Positions 12,485 through 25,299 of a DNA stretch of 63,645 bases are shown one piece after another. The notes under the pieces are model-generated. The model ran no database searches, was not told the DNA's origin, and saw only the letters and a program-made list of their open reading frames with translations. Source of the stretch: Coniocarpon cinnabarinum (Eukaryota); assembly GCA_051942205.1 (NCBI GenBank), contig JAVECO010000137.1:1-63645 (forward strand), written 5' to 3'. Both the position numbers and the translations under genes were made by a program. How positions within the stretch are numbered: the first letter of the stretch is position 1; each line of letters begins with the position of its first letter.

Positions 12485-13275
12485 ATGCCTCGTTCGGCAG
12501 CCTCAAACATCGATGCAATAGATCATGATGGCGTTATTCCTGTGCGAGCCAGATGGCCTCAGAGCACGAGCGCCACATCAGAAAGTTATAAAATACGAAA
12601 GTAAGTACCAAATGGACCATATTACCGATTTATGGCCAGTTGAGTAGGACATCATTGAGTAACAGTCCGTCTGCATCTAATATGTAAGTTCTCCTCTGTT
12701 TGTACTGTGTTGACCTAATCATATTGTCTAGGTATACTAGTCTAGACGACGATCTTCGGTCACCAGAGGTAGTTCCAGAAGTATTGTCGCTGCGAAGACT
12801 CATATCCTCGGTGCCCTCCGTATTCACGGCCCTTCTAGAACATGATCGAAGCCAAGCAGTCAGGCCCACTAGTCCTGCATGGCAGCGGGTGGCTGGATAT
12901 TCGTTGCGAACTCGAGTGCTACGCCGTGAGGTAATCCTGTTCATACGGCGCGAAACAGGCGAGGGACTCGATTTTATTCACGTAGACCTCTCATTTGGAG
13001 ATTTTCAGCGGCTTCGAACCGCCATTCGCCATGCACAGCAGCAGCATGAGCAATGGCTCCAGCTGAATATGGAGCACGCGCGGCATCGACATGAACAGCG
13101 GCACGCGGACGGTCCGACTGTCGCGGCGAGTCATGCAAATTTGGACCCACCTGTGCACCAAGGCCGCCTGCAGAATGGCAGAACTATGCCGCCGCCGGGA
13201 GATAATGTGGGCGAGCAAAATGGCCACGAGCCACATGCTCAGCATGGACGAGGTCCATTCCAAGATGCAAGTTAG
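12485..13275 (+). CDS. Orphan protein C with one copy of the shared domain plus a His/Gln-rich tail; 3 exons
   Basis: TATA-like GGGTATATATAC at ~12451. ATG 12485 and GT-AG introns 12601-12665 and 12684-12731 keep the frame into YTSLDDDLRSPEVV...RVAGYS...VILFI...HVDL...RLR. Confidence 0.65.
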
Positions 13276-13670
13276 ACCAATTTCAAACCCTTAGCTTCTA
13301 TTAGATATTCAAGGTCGTCGGTAAGTCAAGCGCGTCCGTGGCTTTGCCTATGGTTGCTTTAGATCTGACAGCGAGGCTTCGGAAAAAAGTCGAAGTAAGC
13401 CTGTAGGTATTAGATAGCACTTGAGATCACGTGATAGGTATCAATTCAAGATTGCCTCTTCTGGTGTGCCGGTATGACCTGCCCCCCAGCCACCCAGCCA
13501 CCTTGGACACTGTGTGGCCAATGGCTTAGACACACTGCTGCCTCCCATCATCGCCTCTTGCCAGCGAAAGACCATGAGTTCCCGAGACTGCGCCGTAATG
13601 CTGTGTGATTCTCTAAATAATGCGAATAAGTCTTGCACCACTTCGTAACCTATGATCTGTATTCTCCTCA

Positions 13671-15044
13671 ATGCCTCCGTACACACCTAATCAATCCACA
13701 CCAACGCCGGAGCTGCTACTCCCCCGTTCTGATTCTAAGAATCCAAGTACCACTTGTCGAGGCTTGACATCTGCTGGACGACTGTGTCGGCGCCAACTAG
13801 CCTCACCCACGTCGTCGCCCTCTTCTGCTCGTAGAGCCTCTATAGCATACATTCCAAACGATACTGCTAACGCCTACTGTTGGCAACACAAGGACCAGGC
13901 GCCAGCGAGCTCCCCTTTCCCATCAGCTCCACCTCCTCAACATGCACATCCTCACAATGCCAAGCCGCAGCGACGAACGAGCACAGACACTCTTGTGGGT
14001 AGGTTTGACGGACTCGACCTTGCCTCGAGTGTGGGTCGACCGCCGCCGAGTAGACCACAGCACCATCTTCAACCTGCGAGAACGAGGAAACCAGGGTTTT
14101 GGGAGTCGCTGTGCTGCATGACGGGCTCCTCAACGGCGGATGAAGACTATCTCGAGGTCGTGCGTCACAAGCAGCGAGTCTCCCATCGTCCTCAACAGCA
14201 GTCTACATCTCGACCACCAATGGTGCAAGCTGCCTCGTCGCCGTTTCAATCGCCGGGCAGTGGACGACCAAATGTACATCACATGCCCGCCTCTGCACCT
14301 GCAGCGACATATCAAGCTTCCACAAACAACTTCATGCAACATATCCCACCTACACTTGATCCCAAAACCACGGCCACGCTATTGACAGAGTTGAGCAAAC
14401 CGATCAGTGCAAGCGACGAAGAAGGCTACATATACATCTTCTGGCTGACGCCAGATTCCAAAAGAGACATGAAACCCAGCGACGAAGACGCTGAGTCCCT
14501 CCTCGAAGCACCAACGTCTCGACCACAAACAGACAGAAGCGTGAGCGCTCGCAAAGAAGAGTTACTAAGAGCGCACAGTGTTGTACGCCGTCCCGCCAGT
14601 AATACACGAGGTTTCAACAACGCTACAGGACCAGAGGGGAGAACGATCCTCCTCAAGATCGGTCGCGCGAGCAACGTCCATCGCCGAATGTCCGAGTGGA
14701 CGCGCCAATGTGGCTATGATTTAAGTCTCATCCGCTTCTACCCTCACGTGCCCTCCTCCAAGCTTCCGTCCTCGCCTCATCGACCATCGAGCAGTCGTCC
14801 CAGCCTCTCACCTGCAGCCAGCACCGGAATCAGGAAAGTGCCATTTTCTCACCGAGTCGAGCGATTGGTTCATCTAGAGCTGTCGGGTCAACGGAAGAAG
14901 CAGGATGAATGCGAGACATGCGGACGTGAGCATCGGGAGTGGTTTGAGGTTGAGGCTAGTCGCGGTGGCGTTAGGGCTGTTGACGAGGTTATTAGACGGT
15001 GGGTTGCTTGGGCCGAGGCCGAGGCGTGGAGGAATGGTAGGTAG
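13671..15044 (+). CDS. MUG113/T5orf172 (GIY-YIG-like, DUF1766) domain protein
   Basis: GYIYIFWL, LKIGRASNVHRRMSEWTRQCG, HRVERLVHLEL and CETCGREHREWFEV motifs; N-terminal CRG...C...YCWQH. Confidence 0.85.
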   Translation: MPPYTPNQSTPTPELLLPRSDSKNPSTTCRGLTSAGRLCRRQLASPTSSPSSARRASIAYIPNDTANAYCWQHKDQAPASSPFPSAPPPQHAHPHNAKPQRRTSTDTLVGRFDGLDLASSVGRPPPSRPQHHLQPARTRKPGFWESLCCMTGSSTADEDYLEVVRHKQRVSHRPQQQSTSRPPMVQAASSPFQSPGSGRPNVHHMPASAPAATYQASTNNFMQHIPPTLDPKTTATLLTELSKPISASDEEGYIYIFWLTPDSKRDMKPSDEDAESLLEAPTSRPQTDRSVSARKEELLRAHSVVRRPASNTRGFNNATGPEGRTILLKIGRASNVHRRMSEWTRQCGYDLSLIRFYPHVPSSKLPSSPHRPSSSRPSLSPAASTGIRKVPFSHRVERLVHLELSGQRKKQDECETCGREHREWFEVEASRGGVRAVDEVIRRWVAWAEAEAWRNGR

Positions 15045-15814
15045 TGTTTGATGATGATGATGATGAATAACGAGCCATGGGCCATGCTGGCGGTGACGGG
15101 TTCAATGAATATCAATACCTCTTCATATGGAGCTTTACATGCAAGGTTTGAACGTTCGCATCTGGCCGACCTAGCATCTACTCTTCACATTTTTAGTCTG
15201 TCTAGTCCATCTGCTCCACGTAATCTGGTCTCGGCATTTCATTCGATCACATGCATGGTTCAAGGGCTCAAACCCTTTAAAATCACGGTCAGCTGAGGTG
15301 ACCTCGCCCAATGCAGTGACCTAGCTGTACCAATCACCAGACACACGTGGCCTCAATTATTGATTCAATTCGTGATTTGAATCATTTCCTCTGCATGAGT
15401 GTTGCACAACCTGCTTCTGAGAAGACATGTTCCCGACAAGACAGCGAGTGGCGTTGCAAAAGGTTCAGTCACAATCTTCGCTGCGAGCCGACACATCTGC
15501 GTTGTATAAATTATAATTGGAAACGACATGTCGATGCGTATTCGAGACTCGTCCCGGGGGTGTCTCAACGCTGATCAAGGACCGCAGTGACATGGACGGT
15601 GACGCCGAGGTTGCATGTAGGCTTTACCACAAAGTGAAAGGCATGAAAAGTACGAGTAGTTGAATATACTGGTATTCTATCGACAGCACTACACACAATT
15701 TACCACAATGCCACCAGCGCCATGCACCATTTCACCGTGACCCGAATCTCAAAAAGCATTGTGCTGTACACCAAGGACGCCACTACCATGTCACTATGCA
15801 TATGCATGCCCTCT

Positions 15815-18800
15815 CTACTGCTCGACTTCCCCTGCTCGTCGCTTCTCCTCAAAACTCCGCTTCGCCTCCCGCTCCAACACCTCCACCTCCCCACTCATCT
15901 CACACATCTCTCTGAACCAGCGCTTCGTCTTGCCGCTCTTATCTTCCTCTTGAGCAGCAGAAGCAGGATCCAGCAATGTCCACGGCTCGCCCACTTCAAC
16001 GACTTGACCCCGATCGAGCACGACCACACGATCATAATCCACAATCGTCTTCAAGCGATGCGCGATCGTAATGATGGTTTTCTCTTTTAACTCGCGGATC
16101 GTCTCTTGGATCTTGCTGTCAGTGGCGTAGTCAATTGACGCGGTGGCTTCGTCCATCAGTAAGATTTTGGGCGATTTAAGGAGGGCCCGAGCGAGGCAAA
16201 GGAGCTGGCGTTGACCTTGGGAAAGGTTGGACCCGGATTCAGCAATGGGATAGGCGAGGGAGGTGAAAGGGTTGCGGTTGGTAGGCGTGCCTCCGCTAGT
16301 TGTAGGGCGAGAAGCAGAGGTATTGCCAAAAGGCTTGGTTGGTGGTTCATTAATGAGAGGAGTTCGAGGAGATTGCGGATACGCGCTTGCAGGTCGAGAG
16401 GCGGCCACGTCAGACGCGGAAACAAGTTGAACTCTTCGCAGCGCATCGAAGACTTCTTCGTCTGTATGCAGTTCGAAGGGATCAAGGTTGCTGCGCACTG
16501 TGCCTGAGAAAAGTGTCGGGTCCTGCGGAACCATGACAATGCGCTCACGCAGGTCCTGCAAGCCGATCTCACCAATGTTGACACCATCGACAATGATACT
16601 TCCCTTCTCTGCTTCAAGCGCACGGAACAACGCGAGAGCCATGGATGACTTGCCGGCGCCGGTACGACCTACGATGCCGATTTTCTCTCCACCTTTGATG
16701 TCAAGGTTGATGTCGCGGAGCACTGGCTCGAAGTCCACGCGATACCGCGTGGAGTATTTGCGAAACTCGACCGCACCCTCTGCTGGCCAGTCACGGCTAG
16801 GTGACTTGTCTTCAATGTAGGGCGGTGCCTCCTGTTCGATATCGAGGTACTCCTTGATTCGCTCGACCGAGTTCATGTTCTGTTCGTTGGTTGCATACAG
16901 CCGCACAAACCACAGAACGTTCTCAGTGAAGGTGACGGCGTATGTCATGGCAAGACCAGCAGCCCCGGGATCAATTTTGCCAACTGAGAGCACGACAAAG
17001 ACACCCGCAAAGAACGAGACTAACGCACCCGCAATGTCCACACGGAATGCGAGCCAGCGATTGGCTGCCCAGAGATAGATGAAAGGTCGGTTGTGGGTGT
17101 TGATTTTCGAGAGGTTGTCACGAATGAAGCGTCGTTCGTCCCCGTAAGCACGTATCGTAACCATACCACTGAGTGTTTCGCCAAACTGTTGATAAAGCGG
17201 CGATCGTTGGACAGACTCGATACGTTTGAGGTCGCGTGAGGCATTGATGTAGAAGCGGCCAATCAAGAAGTACAGCACAGAAATAAAGACGCCGGCGATC
17301 AGAAAGCCAGGAGTGATGACTGATATGAGGATGACGATAGTGATAATGGACGCTAGACAGTGGACGACACCGACAGCGGTGGGCGCAATCTCTTGATCGA
17401 CGTTTTCAATGTCTTTTGAGAAACGATTCATGATCTGGCCTAATGGAGTCGAGTCAAAGAAACGGAATTTGGCGCGGCACACCCGTTCGATGAGGGTGTT
17501 GTGAATGCTCTTGGACGCGCTCAAAGAGCCGATGAAAAGAAGCATCTCGCGTGCGAAAGTGATAAACATGTAGACGACGCCCAGAAGCGCGTAAACCCAC
17601 AAGTAGTACGTGTCATCAACGAATGGACGCTCTTCGACCGAAGCAATGCCAATGTCGACGTTCGAAACATTGGCAGGCGTCATAGGCCACAGCATCGGGA
17701 CACGCTGAATACCAGACATCGAGCTGTAATGACCGCCATATTGGAAATTTGCGGCACTGTATTCATGTGTGGCGTATGCGTTAGCCCACTGCCGAATCCA
17801 TACGTTAGTTGATACATTTGACACTTGGTGAGCAACAAATGCTGATGCGGCTGTAACCCAAAAGAACCATCCCCCCATTGATTTGAAATACATGAAGATG
17901 ATGCGAAATTGGACGCTCCCTTGAGCTTTGCTTTCATCGAGGGCGGATTTGCTTGGAGTCATAACAGCTTTGGCAGGACCAGCAGCAGGTGTGTCGTGTT
18001 TGTCAGCCATTTTGTTTGGATTTGTGTGACCATTCATGTCTGGCGATCCATTGGCAGTACTGCTTGTGGAGCCTTCTGAAGCTTCATTGGTTTGTGCCAA
18101 ATGAGGCTCATCCTCGATCGCGCGTGCAAGCGCTTCCGGCTCTACCTCGTTCAGGGTGGTAGCTGATGCTACACGTGACGGTAGCCCCGAGACAGCTGTC
18201 GACTTTGTCAGATCTTGATGCAGTGTTCCAGAGGCAACAATATCGTCAGGACTTCCAGATGCAACCACATGACCGTTGTCCAGCACGACTGCAAATTTGC
18301 TTTGCGGTAGACACAGTGAGACACTATTCGTGACGAGAATGCAGGTCCTGTTTGTCATGAGCGATCCCATGAGAGCTTTCTCAAATATCCACTTCTGTGA
18401 ATGAGAATCGACCGCAGAGATCACATCATCCAGCAGGACATGTCTTGCGTGGCTGTAAAGCGCTCGAGCAAGCGATATTCGAGCCTTTTGGCCGCCGGAC
18501 AAAGTGACACCCTTCTCGCCAACTAGCGTGTCATCGCCGTTGTCCAAGATTTCTAGATCTTTCCTCAATGCACAAGCATCGATGACCTCGTTGTAGCGCT
18601 TCTCGTTCCAAGGACTGGCAAAGACGATATTCTGTCGGATGTTGTCGTTCACGAGCCAGGCCTGTTGAGCGCAATAAGCCACGCTCTCGGTGAGGCCGGT
18701 CGTTGAATTTCGCAGAGCATCTTCACGGCTAGCTCCGACAGGCAAATGCACTTGACCATCCAGCAATGTCATCTCGCCTAGAAGAGCAAGGATCATGGAG

Positions 18801-21071
18801 GACTTGCCACTACCTGTGGGTCCAACAACAACGTTCATGCCACCCACAGCAAACCGTACGTCGAGGTCAATCATCCTGAATGATGAGCCAGCATCCTCTT
18901 CTGGAATGTTCTTACCAGCCCATGCAAACGTAGCTTTGTCAAAGCCGATGACGGGCTCGCGGCTGTCGACATCATGACGCTTAAGCTGTCGATACTTCTG
19001 CGTATCTTCCTCGTCCAGAAATTCCTCTATGCGATCCACTGACACCTTCGATTCTTGCACATGGGCTACCATGTCTGCGAGCTGATCGAGCGGGATCCGC
19101 AAGATTTGGAATAGAGACAATGCCGTGAATGCGACCGAGGGTATCAGATCTCTCTTCTCGACAAGTGTGTACACCGCAAATGAAAGAAAAGTGATCAAGA
19201 CCGGTGCACCACCCCATATGGTTGCTGCCACGGCCCAGAGTATGTACCTTCTCCGAAGGTTCGTGAGTTCAGTTGCTCGCTTTTCACCAACGCTGTTCAT
19301 GAAACGCCGTTCCCATGCAAAGTATTTGATGATGCGAATATTACTAAGAACTTCATTAGTAGTATGGATTCTGGCGTCTGTTGCCGCAAGAATCTTTGTC
19401 TGAACCTCCGCAAACTTCTTTGATATATAAAGATTGACAGGCAGTAATAAAAGCATCGTCCCGATGCCAGCAATCGAGCTATACCCGAGGATTTGATAAA
19501 GTAGGAGAATAGCCACGACCATTTGGACTGGCGTGTTCGCCCATAGAAAGTGAAGATAAGCACTGATGTCTGCAACCTTGAATGAATCGACTGCCATCAG
19601 ATTGATTACAGCACCAGAAGTGACCTGCGCTTCGGGTTCTTTTGCCGATGCGTCATTTTTGGAGTGTGGTTTAGTATCTTTCTTCCGTCCAAATCTCAGA
19701 ATCCTTTTGAAAAGGGTTTCTTCAGGCTGCTTCTCCTTGGCCGCTTCGCCCAGCACTTTGTCACCAGAAATTCCTATCTTCCGCCGTAGCGCTTTGGCAT
19801 AGAGCTCTCCAACAATGACCGCGCGAAGTCGAATGCAGACCTTCCGACCAGTCCAGAGCGCCATGCCATCCGCAAGTGCCGAAGCAGCACCGGAGACAAA
19901 CAAGAGAATTACGAAAAACCAGGCGCTGTTCTTTGGTGTGCCCGCCGGATCCTCCACGTACTGCAGAATAGCCCGCAGTAGTAAGGTGGGTGCAAAGGTA
20001 AGGAAGCCGCTGAAGCAAGCCCAAGACGCTTGGACAAGGAGCAAAACCCTGAAATATTTCAACAGATGCCACGCGAGTATGCTAGTTTTCTTCAACTGTC
20101 GAAAGTCTGCGAGAACAGCTGCGGCCTTGTCGTACGAGGCGAGATTCCAAACATCTGACAACTCCAAGGTCTTCTTGTAACCAGTCCAGACGATCGGATC
20201 CACCCACGAGAACGTAGCCAGCGAGAAGGCGCTTGCCAACGGCTCTTTTGCTGGTGGTATGTCCATCTCATACTCAATTTCGACAGCTTTGTTGCCAATG
20301 CGGGACGTGAGAGACGTCAGCAGAAGTATTGATACAAGCAGGAAATCTGCAATCTTGAGGCCCTCTAGAAAGCTCGTTTGGGGATGCGCAATATGAGATC
20401 GAAGGACAAGGATGGAGAAGAACCATCGGCAGCCATAGAGGAAGGTGGTGTGATACCAGATGGCTGGGAGAAGGTTGTTCTGTACCGTGGTGAACATCAT
20501 TCTGAGCAACACCAAAGTCGCGAGATATGCCCATGACGAAACTCCAGCAATAGCAGCAATGTGAGCTGATCTTCCGGATTCTTCTGGTTGACCATGCTCC
20601 AGAGCAGCGACATGAACTCCGAGTTCAGCCACGACGCAGATCACCTCAAGGAAGACGCGAAAGACTCCATGACGCGGCGTATCGTCGTGTACAATGCTCG
20701 TGTTCTGAGTCTGACTGACAGTCGGATTGAGTGCCAGCTGTGCGTTGCGGTCCAGCTCATCTGCATCATCTGAGTCCAGGTGCTCATGGTCTTGATTGTA
20801 GTCTGGAGGAATGCGGAGATTCCACGGATGCCGCCAGTGGTCAAGTAATGTGTATGCATGATAGTATTTAGATTGTAAGGCTCGGCGGACGGTTTGGATT
20901 AAAAGTATAATTACTGAGATGCTGCAGAGTAGTAGTGGAAAGAGGGTTTCAAGGTAGCTGCGTCGACGTCAGTGCAGACCAAAATCTTACAGAAGAGAGC
21001 ACGAACCTGTATTGAAAACATCGCGAGAAGTCGTCCGACCGCCAGATGGGGCCGGGACATCTCGCAAACAT
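15815..21071 (-). CDS. ABCC/MRP-type ABC transporter (Ybt1-like bile acid permease); 2 exons
   Basis: Two NBDs (GPTGSGKSS/LSGGQ and GRTGAGKSS/LSQGQ/DEATAS) and TMDs. The ORF extends upstream to an exon MFARCPGPIWRSDDFSRCFQY with ATG at 21071. Confidence 0.95.
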
Positions 21072-21924
21072 TGGCGGACGACTAACGAGGACTGGCAGCA
21101 CTGGTGGCGTAGAACTTGAGACGAGTCATCTGATGGCTAACAGCGAGCAGCGCTGTTAAGAAGGCATACGAAAGTGTGGGGGCAAGACAGAGGAGTATCG
21201 GGAGAGATCAAGAAATCGCAAAGAGTCAAGTGTGGTGTTGGTTGTGTTGTAATATATTCCTGCGATGGAAGCAATGTCTTGCAGCAGTGCCGAGTGACTA
21301 GCGACACCAATGATGCATCTTCATGTCGATCTTATATCGCTTAGTCAGCATCCGAGCTTCCTCGTGTTTCGCGTCACGTGGCGTCGACGACATCTGCATG
21401 CAGCGTGGCAGGTCTTTCGGGATCCCGAAAGGTAAGCAAGCCGAGAAAAGGCCAAACAAGCCATGACGAGCACTCCTACATCTAGGGCACACTGTTAGCC
21501 GTAGCAAAGGCAATCTTCATCATTGTGTTTGCTTAAGTTTCTTCTTAGCTTTTACTGAGCATACCCAAGATCGATTGAACGATCTCAAAATGCTAGCATT
21601 CCTGCTACCCCGCCGGATGAATGCTTACTAGCGACCGGCATGTGTTAAATTGTGGTAAAGCTCTGTTCACGACATAGCTCCCTGATAAACACGAAACAGA
21701 TATTATCATAGAACAGCAGTGATTCAAGCTTAGCTTCATGCTCTATCGACATTTCAGCCCCACAGGCGGGATACCAGTCATCATTTGTAATTCAATACCA
21801 ATCAACTCATCACATCCATACTGTCATGAACTCGTGTACACAAAATCAATACTCAAACAATAGATGTGGAATGCAACGTCACGAGTGCTGTGACGGTATG
21901 CTCGAGGTGCTTACCCGGCGAGTC

Positions 21925-24213
21925 TTATACCAGATTGGTCGAGCTACGGCCAAGTGGAGGGCGGCTCGACTTGACGGTCATAAGACCTTTAGTGGGAGCG
22001 ATGGTCGCCCCGAGAGTGTGCTCATTCTCCTTTCCAGCTGCTTGGCTGATGGGACGGAATCCTTTCGTAATGTCCAGAGAGCCCTGGATGGGTTCCTCCT
22101 CACTGGAGTCAACTGCCCCAAGAAATACATCGTTCTTGGGTTCAATCACTTTCTTCGCCGGGCTTGAAGTGCGCCTGCCGCCTTTCTTGGGCGGTGACAG
22201 ACGAATGGGACTGCCCAGTCGCACGTTTCTGTTAGATTTCGTAATGTCCTGAAGGGCGCTCGTGGACGTGCTGGCCCGATGTCCTGCTGGACGCTGCATC
22301 TTCTTTGCAATGGGAGACCCATTGGCGAAGAGATCGGTGAGGTCCGTCGCTCCATAAGTTTCCTCATCACTTTGTTGGCTCTCGATCGAATGGCTGTAAT
22401 CGCGGTCTTCCACGATGAAGGGGTCTTCAATGTCGTCAAGGTTAGTTTGCTGCTTGAGAGGCGTGGGCCTGATCAAGTTCCTGTTTGGGGAGAATCTTGG
22501 CGACCAGGCGTCTTCGTCCGCAAAAATAAAGGAAGGCGTGAACTTGATCTCTTCCGCCGCAGCAAGCTCCTTTTGTCCCGGCGTGCCGACAAGGTCTCGA
22601 ATGCTCTCTCGATGAAGGCGAAGCTGCGTATTTGGAGAGACGGTGGGTGGTGCCTTCGTTGGAGGACGGAGTTTTAGACCGGGTGTCAGTGGCGGAAACC
22701 CAATGGAGGCTCCAGCTCCACGCAATGGAGATGAAGAGTTCATATTCGGGTCCAGACGCGGCTTCTTGAAAGTATGATGTGCTTTCGTTGGGCTGGAATC
22801 AAAAGAAGAGGCTCGCATCCGAAATATCTCCTCCTCGGCCCGACCGCGCTTGAGACCAGAGCTGCGGCCGTTTGCTTCAGAGGAGAAATGGGGAGCAAAC
22901 TTGCCTCTCGGAATGGATGACTCAATAGAAGAGTAGAACCCGCTGTCTTTGAAGTTGTCTGTGCGCTTTTGTCGTCCACCAGAGCGACTCATAGACGAGC
23001 GCTGTGGATGAACGATATTCTCAGGAGGTGGAGCATGTCGAGGGATGGGCGGCGAAGAATTCAGATCGGGCGGCGGAGACGAAGGTAACGCAAGGCCGGG
23101 TGACTGTGGTCGTCGAGGTGCAGGAGCAAACTCATGTGGCTGCACTTCATCCTGGTCAGACATTGGTAAAGTGGCGTCTGATGAGACGCTTTCAGCAGGG
23201 AACCCGCTGGAGTCAGCATTGACTGAAGGCTTTACCCCATCCTGAGACGTCATTGCAGTTGCTGGCATTGGCAAAGGGCATGTGTCGTTCCGCGGCGTGT
23301 CAAAGTATGCTTGATCAGCTGTCGCAGGGCGGTGGTGTGTCTTGTCTTTAAAAAACTGCGCCTCAGACCCTTCTTGGATTGCCCAGTAGTTACCTTTTCC
23401 AGGGTCCTCCTTCGGGCGCTCTTTCTTCACAAACGACTTGTTGAGACTGAGGTTGTGACGGATGCTATTCTGCCAACCGGCACCAGCCTGACCAGTGCGA
23501 TAGAAAGAGAATGTATCAGAGATCCATTTGTAGATCTGCGAAAGGGTCGTCTTGCGGTCTGGGGCGCGTAATATTGCCATGCCAATCAGTTGCGCGTAAC
23601 TGTAACTAGGTTTGCCGTCCTCGTCGGGAACGGCAGGCATCTCCTCGGGCGCAGGGAGTGGAGCTGCTAGGTCTTCGAGATGGCGAGCCCTTTTCATCGG
23701 GCGCTCCATGAAGATGGCGTCGGTCGCACTTCGTTTGCCGAAATTAGGCATGTGAGAGTAAAGGGGGTCAGAAGAAGTAAATGGTGGTATGCCAGACACG
23801 GACAGTCTTCGCGCATCTCTTGAGGGACCGCTCGTCGAGGAGAAGGTCGTGAATAGCCCCTTTTGAGGCTTCTGTGTTGCGTGTGCGTAACAAGGAGCAT
23901 AGAAATTCTTTTTGGTAGGTGAGTCGGTGGGGAAGTAGTTTGCCGGTGGCGGAAAGCTGACGGAGTCGAAGATTGACTGGTCTACATCACGCAATGGACT
24001 GGAGCGTGGCGATGAGCGTTTTCGTGGTGAGATGGAAGTTTGAGAAGCTGGTGGTCCCAAAACGATTGCTGTATTGGTAATGTCTTGGCCAACAGCGTCA
24101 AGAGAGTTGGTGTAGTTTTGCAGAGTGCGAGCTAATTCGCTGTCGGCAATTGAATCCTCTGGATCTTGGTAAACTTCCACAGTCGACGCGCCTTTGCGAC
24201 GCGCCGAAGACAT
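21925..24213 (-). CDS. Forkhead transcription factor, Sep1/Hcm1-like
   Basis: [15 protein letters not shown]...[15 protein letters not shown]...[16 protein letters not shown]...GKGNYW; many SP/TP sites; no FHA domain seen. Confidence 0.92.
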   Translation of the reverse strand: MSSARRKGASTVEVYQDPEDSIADSELARTLQNYTNSLDAVGQDITNTAIVLGPPASQTSISPRKRSSPRSSPLRDVDQSIFDSVSFPPPANYFPTDSPTKKNFYAPCYAHATQKPQKGLFTTFSSTSGPSRDARRLSVSGIPPFTSSDPLYSHMPNFGKRSATDAIFMERPMKRARHLEDLAAPLPAPEEMPAVPDEDGKPSYSYAQLIGMAILRAPDRKTTLSQIYKWISDTFSFYRTGQAGAGWQNSIRHNLSLNKSFVKKERPKEDPGKGNYWAIQEGSEAQFFKDKTHHRPATADQAYFDTPRNDTCPLPMPATAMTSQDGVKPSVNADSSGFPAESVSSDATLPMSDQDEVQPHEFAPAPRRPQSPGLALPSSPPPDLNSSPPIPRHAPPPENIVHPQRSSMSRSGGRQKRTDNFKDSGFYSSIESSIPRGKFAPHFSSEANGRSSGLKRGRAEEEIFRMRASSFDSSPTKAHHTFKKPRLDPNMNSSSPLRGAGASIGFPPLTPGLKLRPPTKAPPTVSPNTQLRLHRESIRDLVGTPGQKELAAAEEIKFTPSFIFADEDAWSPRFSPNRNLIRPTPLKQQTNLDDIEDPFIVEDRDYSHSIESQQSDEETYGATDLTDLFANGSPIAKKMQRPAGHRASTSTSALQDITKSNRNVRLGSPIRLSPPKKGGRRTSSPAKKVIEPKNDVFLGAVDSSEEEPIQGSLDITKGFRPISQAAGKENEHTLGATIAPTKGLMTVKSSRPPLGRSSTNLV

Positions 24214-24788
24214 GGTGACACGTCGGTTGCGCGGTCGCAGAGCAAGCTTTTATGCTGATCAGCTCGAAAAGGGTTGGAATAGAGCGAACCACAGTTTGGG
24301 AAAGGAGAGGGTTTTGGAGATGCCGGCCAGATGACCCAGGGATGAGGCTTGAGCCCCGAATGGGTCCAATGAGGGTCTTGATTTGACTGTGTGCGTGGGT
24401 GATAGCGCTGCCGAACAATGCTAGGCGGGTTTTTGAAAGAAACCAAACGATGCTAGTCGATAACTCGAAACAAGGCCTTCGTATGACTTGCTCGGAAAAT
24501 CATTTAGTAGGTGGCGTCTCTGCGTTCAATGCTGTAAGTGTCCGCAGAGATTGATTTGCCCCGCGGTGCACAGGCTCAGACGGGTCGACGCTCTAGATTG
24601 CAGTGATGTCGACGCGATAAGGCCAATGGTCGGCCTTGGCGTTGTCTGATACTGAAGCAGACGAAGAAGGGACGAAGTCACGCAAGGTGATCAAGTTCAC
24701 GGTCCAACCCCCAAGTAGACGCACGCAACGGCACTGTGATGAGAAGTCAGTCTCTGCTCTAATTTCAAGCTGTGGGACGGCTTAGCCG

Positions 24789-25092
24789 GCGCGTATTTTC
24801 AGCCGTTGAAAAGCGAGACGACGCGTCATGGAAGCACACGTACGGGCAGAGTTGGCCTTTTGCAGGCGAGAGGTGAGAGTGGGTGGTTGAGATATCGACT
24901 GCAGTTGTAAGAAGGATGTGAAGAGATTTTGCAAGCGTGAACAAGGGACAAGGGAGGGGGAGTGGAGGAAGTGCTACTAGTGAGGGAGGGAAGAGAGGTT
25001 GGAAGAAGGGCACGGTCCACAATCGTAAGTGGGCGGCGCGGCAAGGCGGTCAATTCCGCTTTGGGCCTAGCGTGAACGCGCTCGCGACGCGT
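24789..25092. promoter_or_regulatory. Cluster of MCB-like elements upstream of the forkhead gene
   Basis: Perfect ACGCGT at 24821-24826 and 25087-25092, plus further CGCG cores at ~24789 and 25076-25086. Confidence 0.4.
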
Positions 25093-25299
25093 GAGCACGG
25101 TAGCATATGCGTGCCCATTGGCTGTGAGCTATTTCTTTCCCTCCCTCATGCTGGCATTTCACCTCGCCTTGTCGCTCCCTTGCGCGGTTAAAGTATGACC
25201 CTGAAACCGCTGTGAAAGCGGGGTCACTTGGGCAGACTCTGAAATCGGCGCTTCCGTGGTCGGGACTACCGTTCGATGTCCGGTGGAACGAAGGCTGCC

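Noticed and set aside
13671..15044. MUG113/GIY-YIG-like gene as a mobile nuclease or part of the orphan array
   Set aside because: It resembles the widespread fungal DUF1766-type gene, has no flanking repeats and shares no sequence with the array; only adjacency links them.
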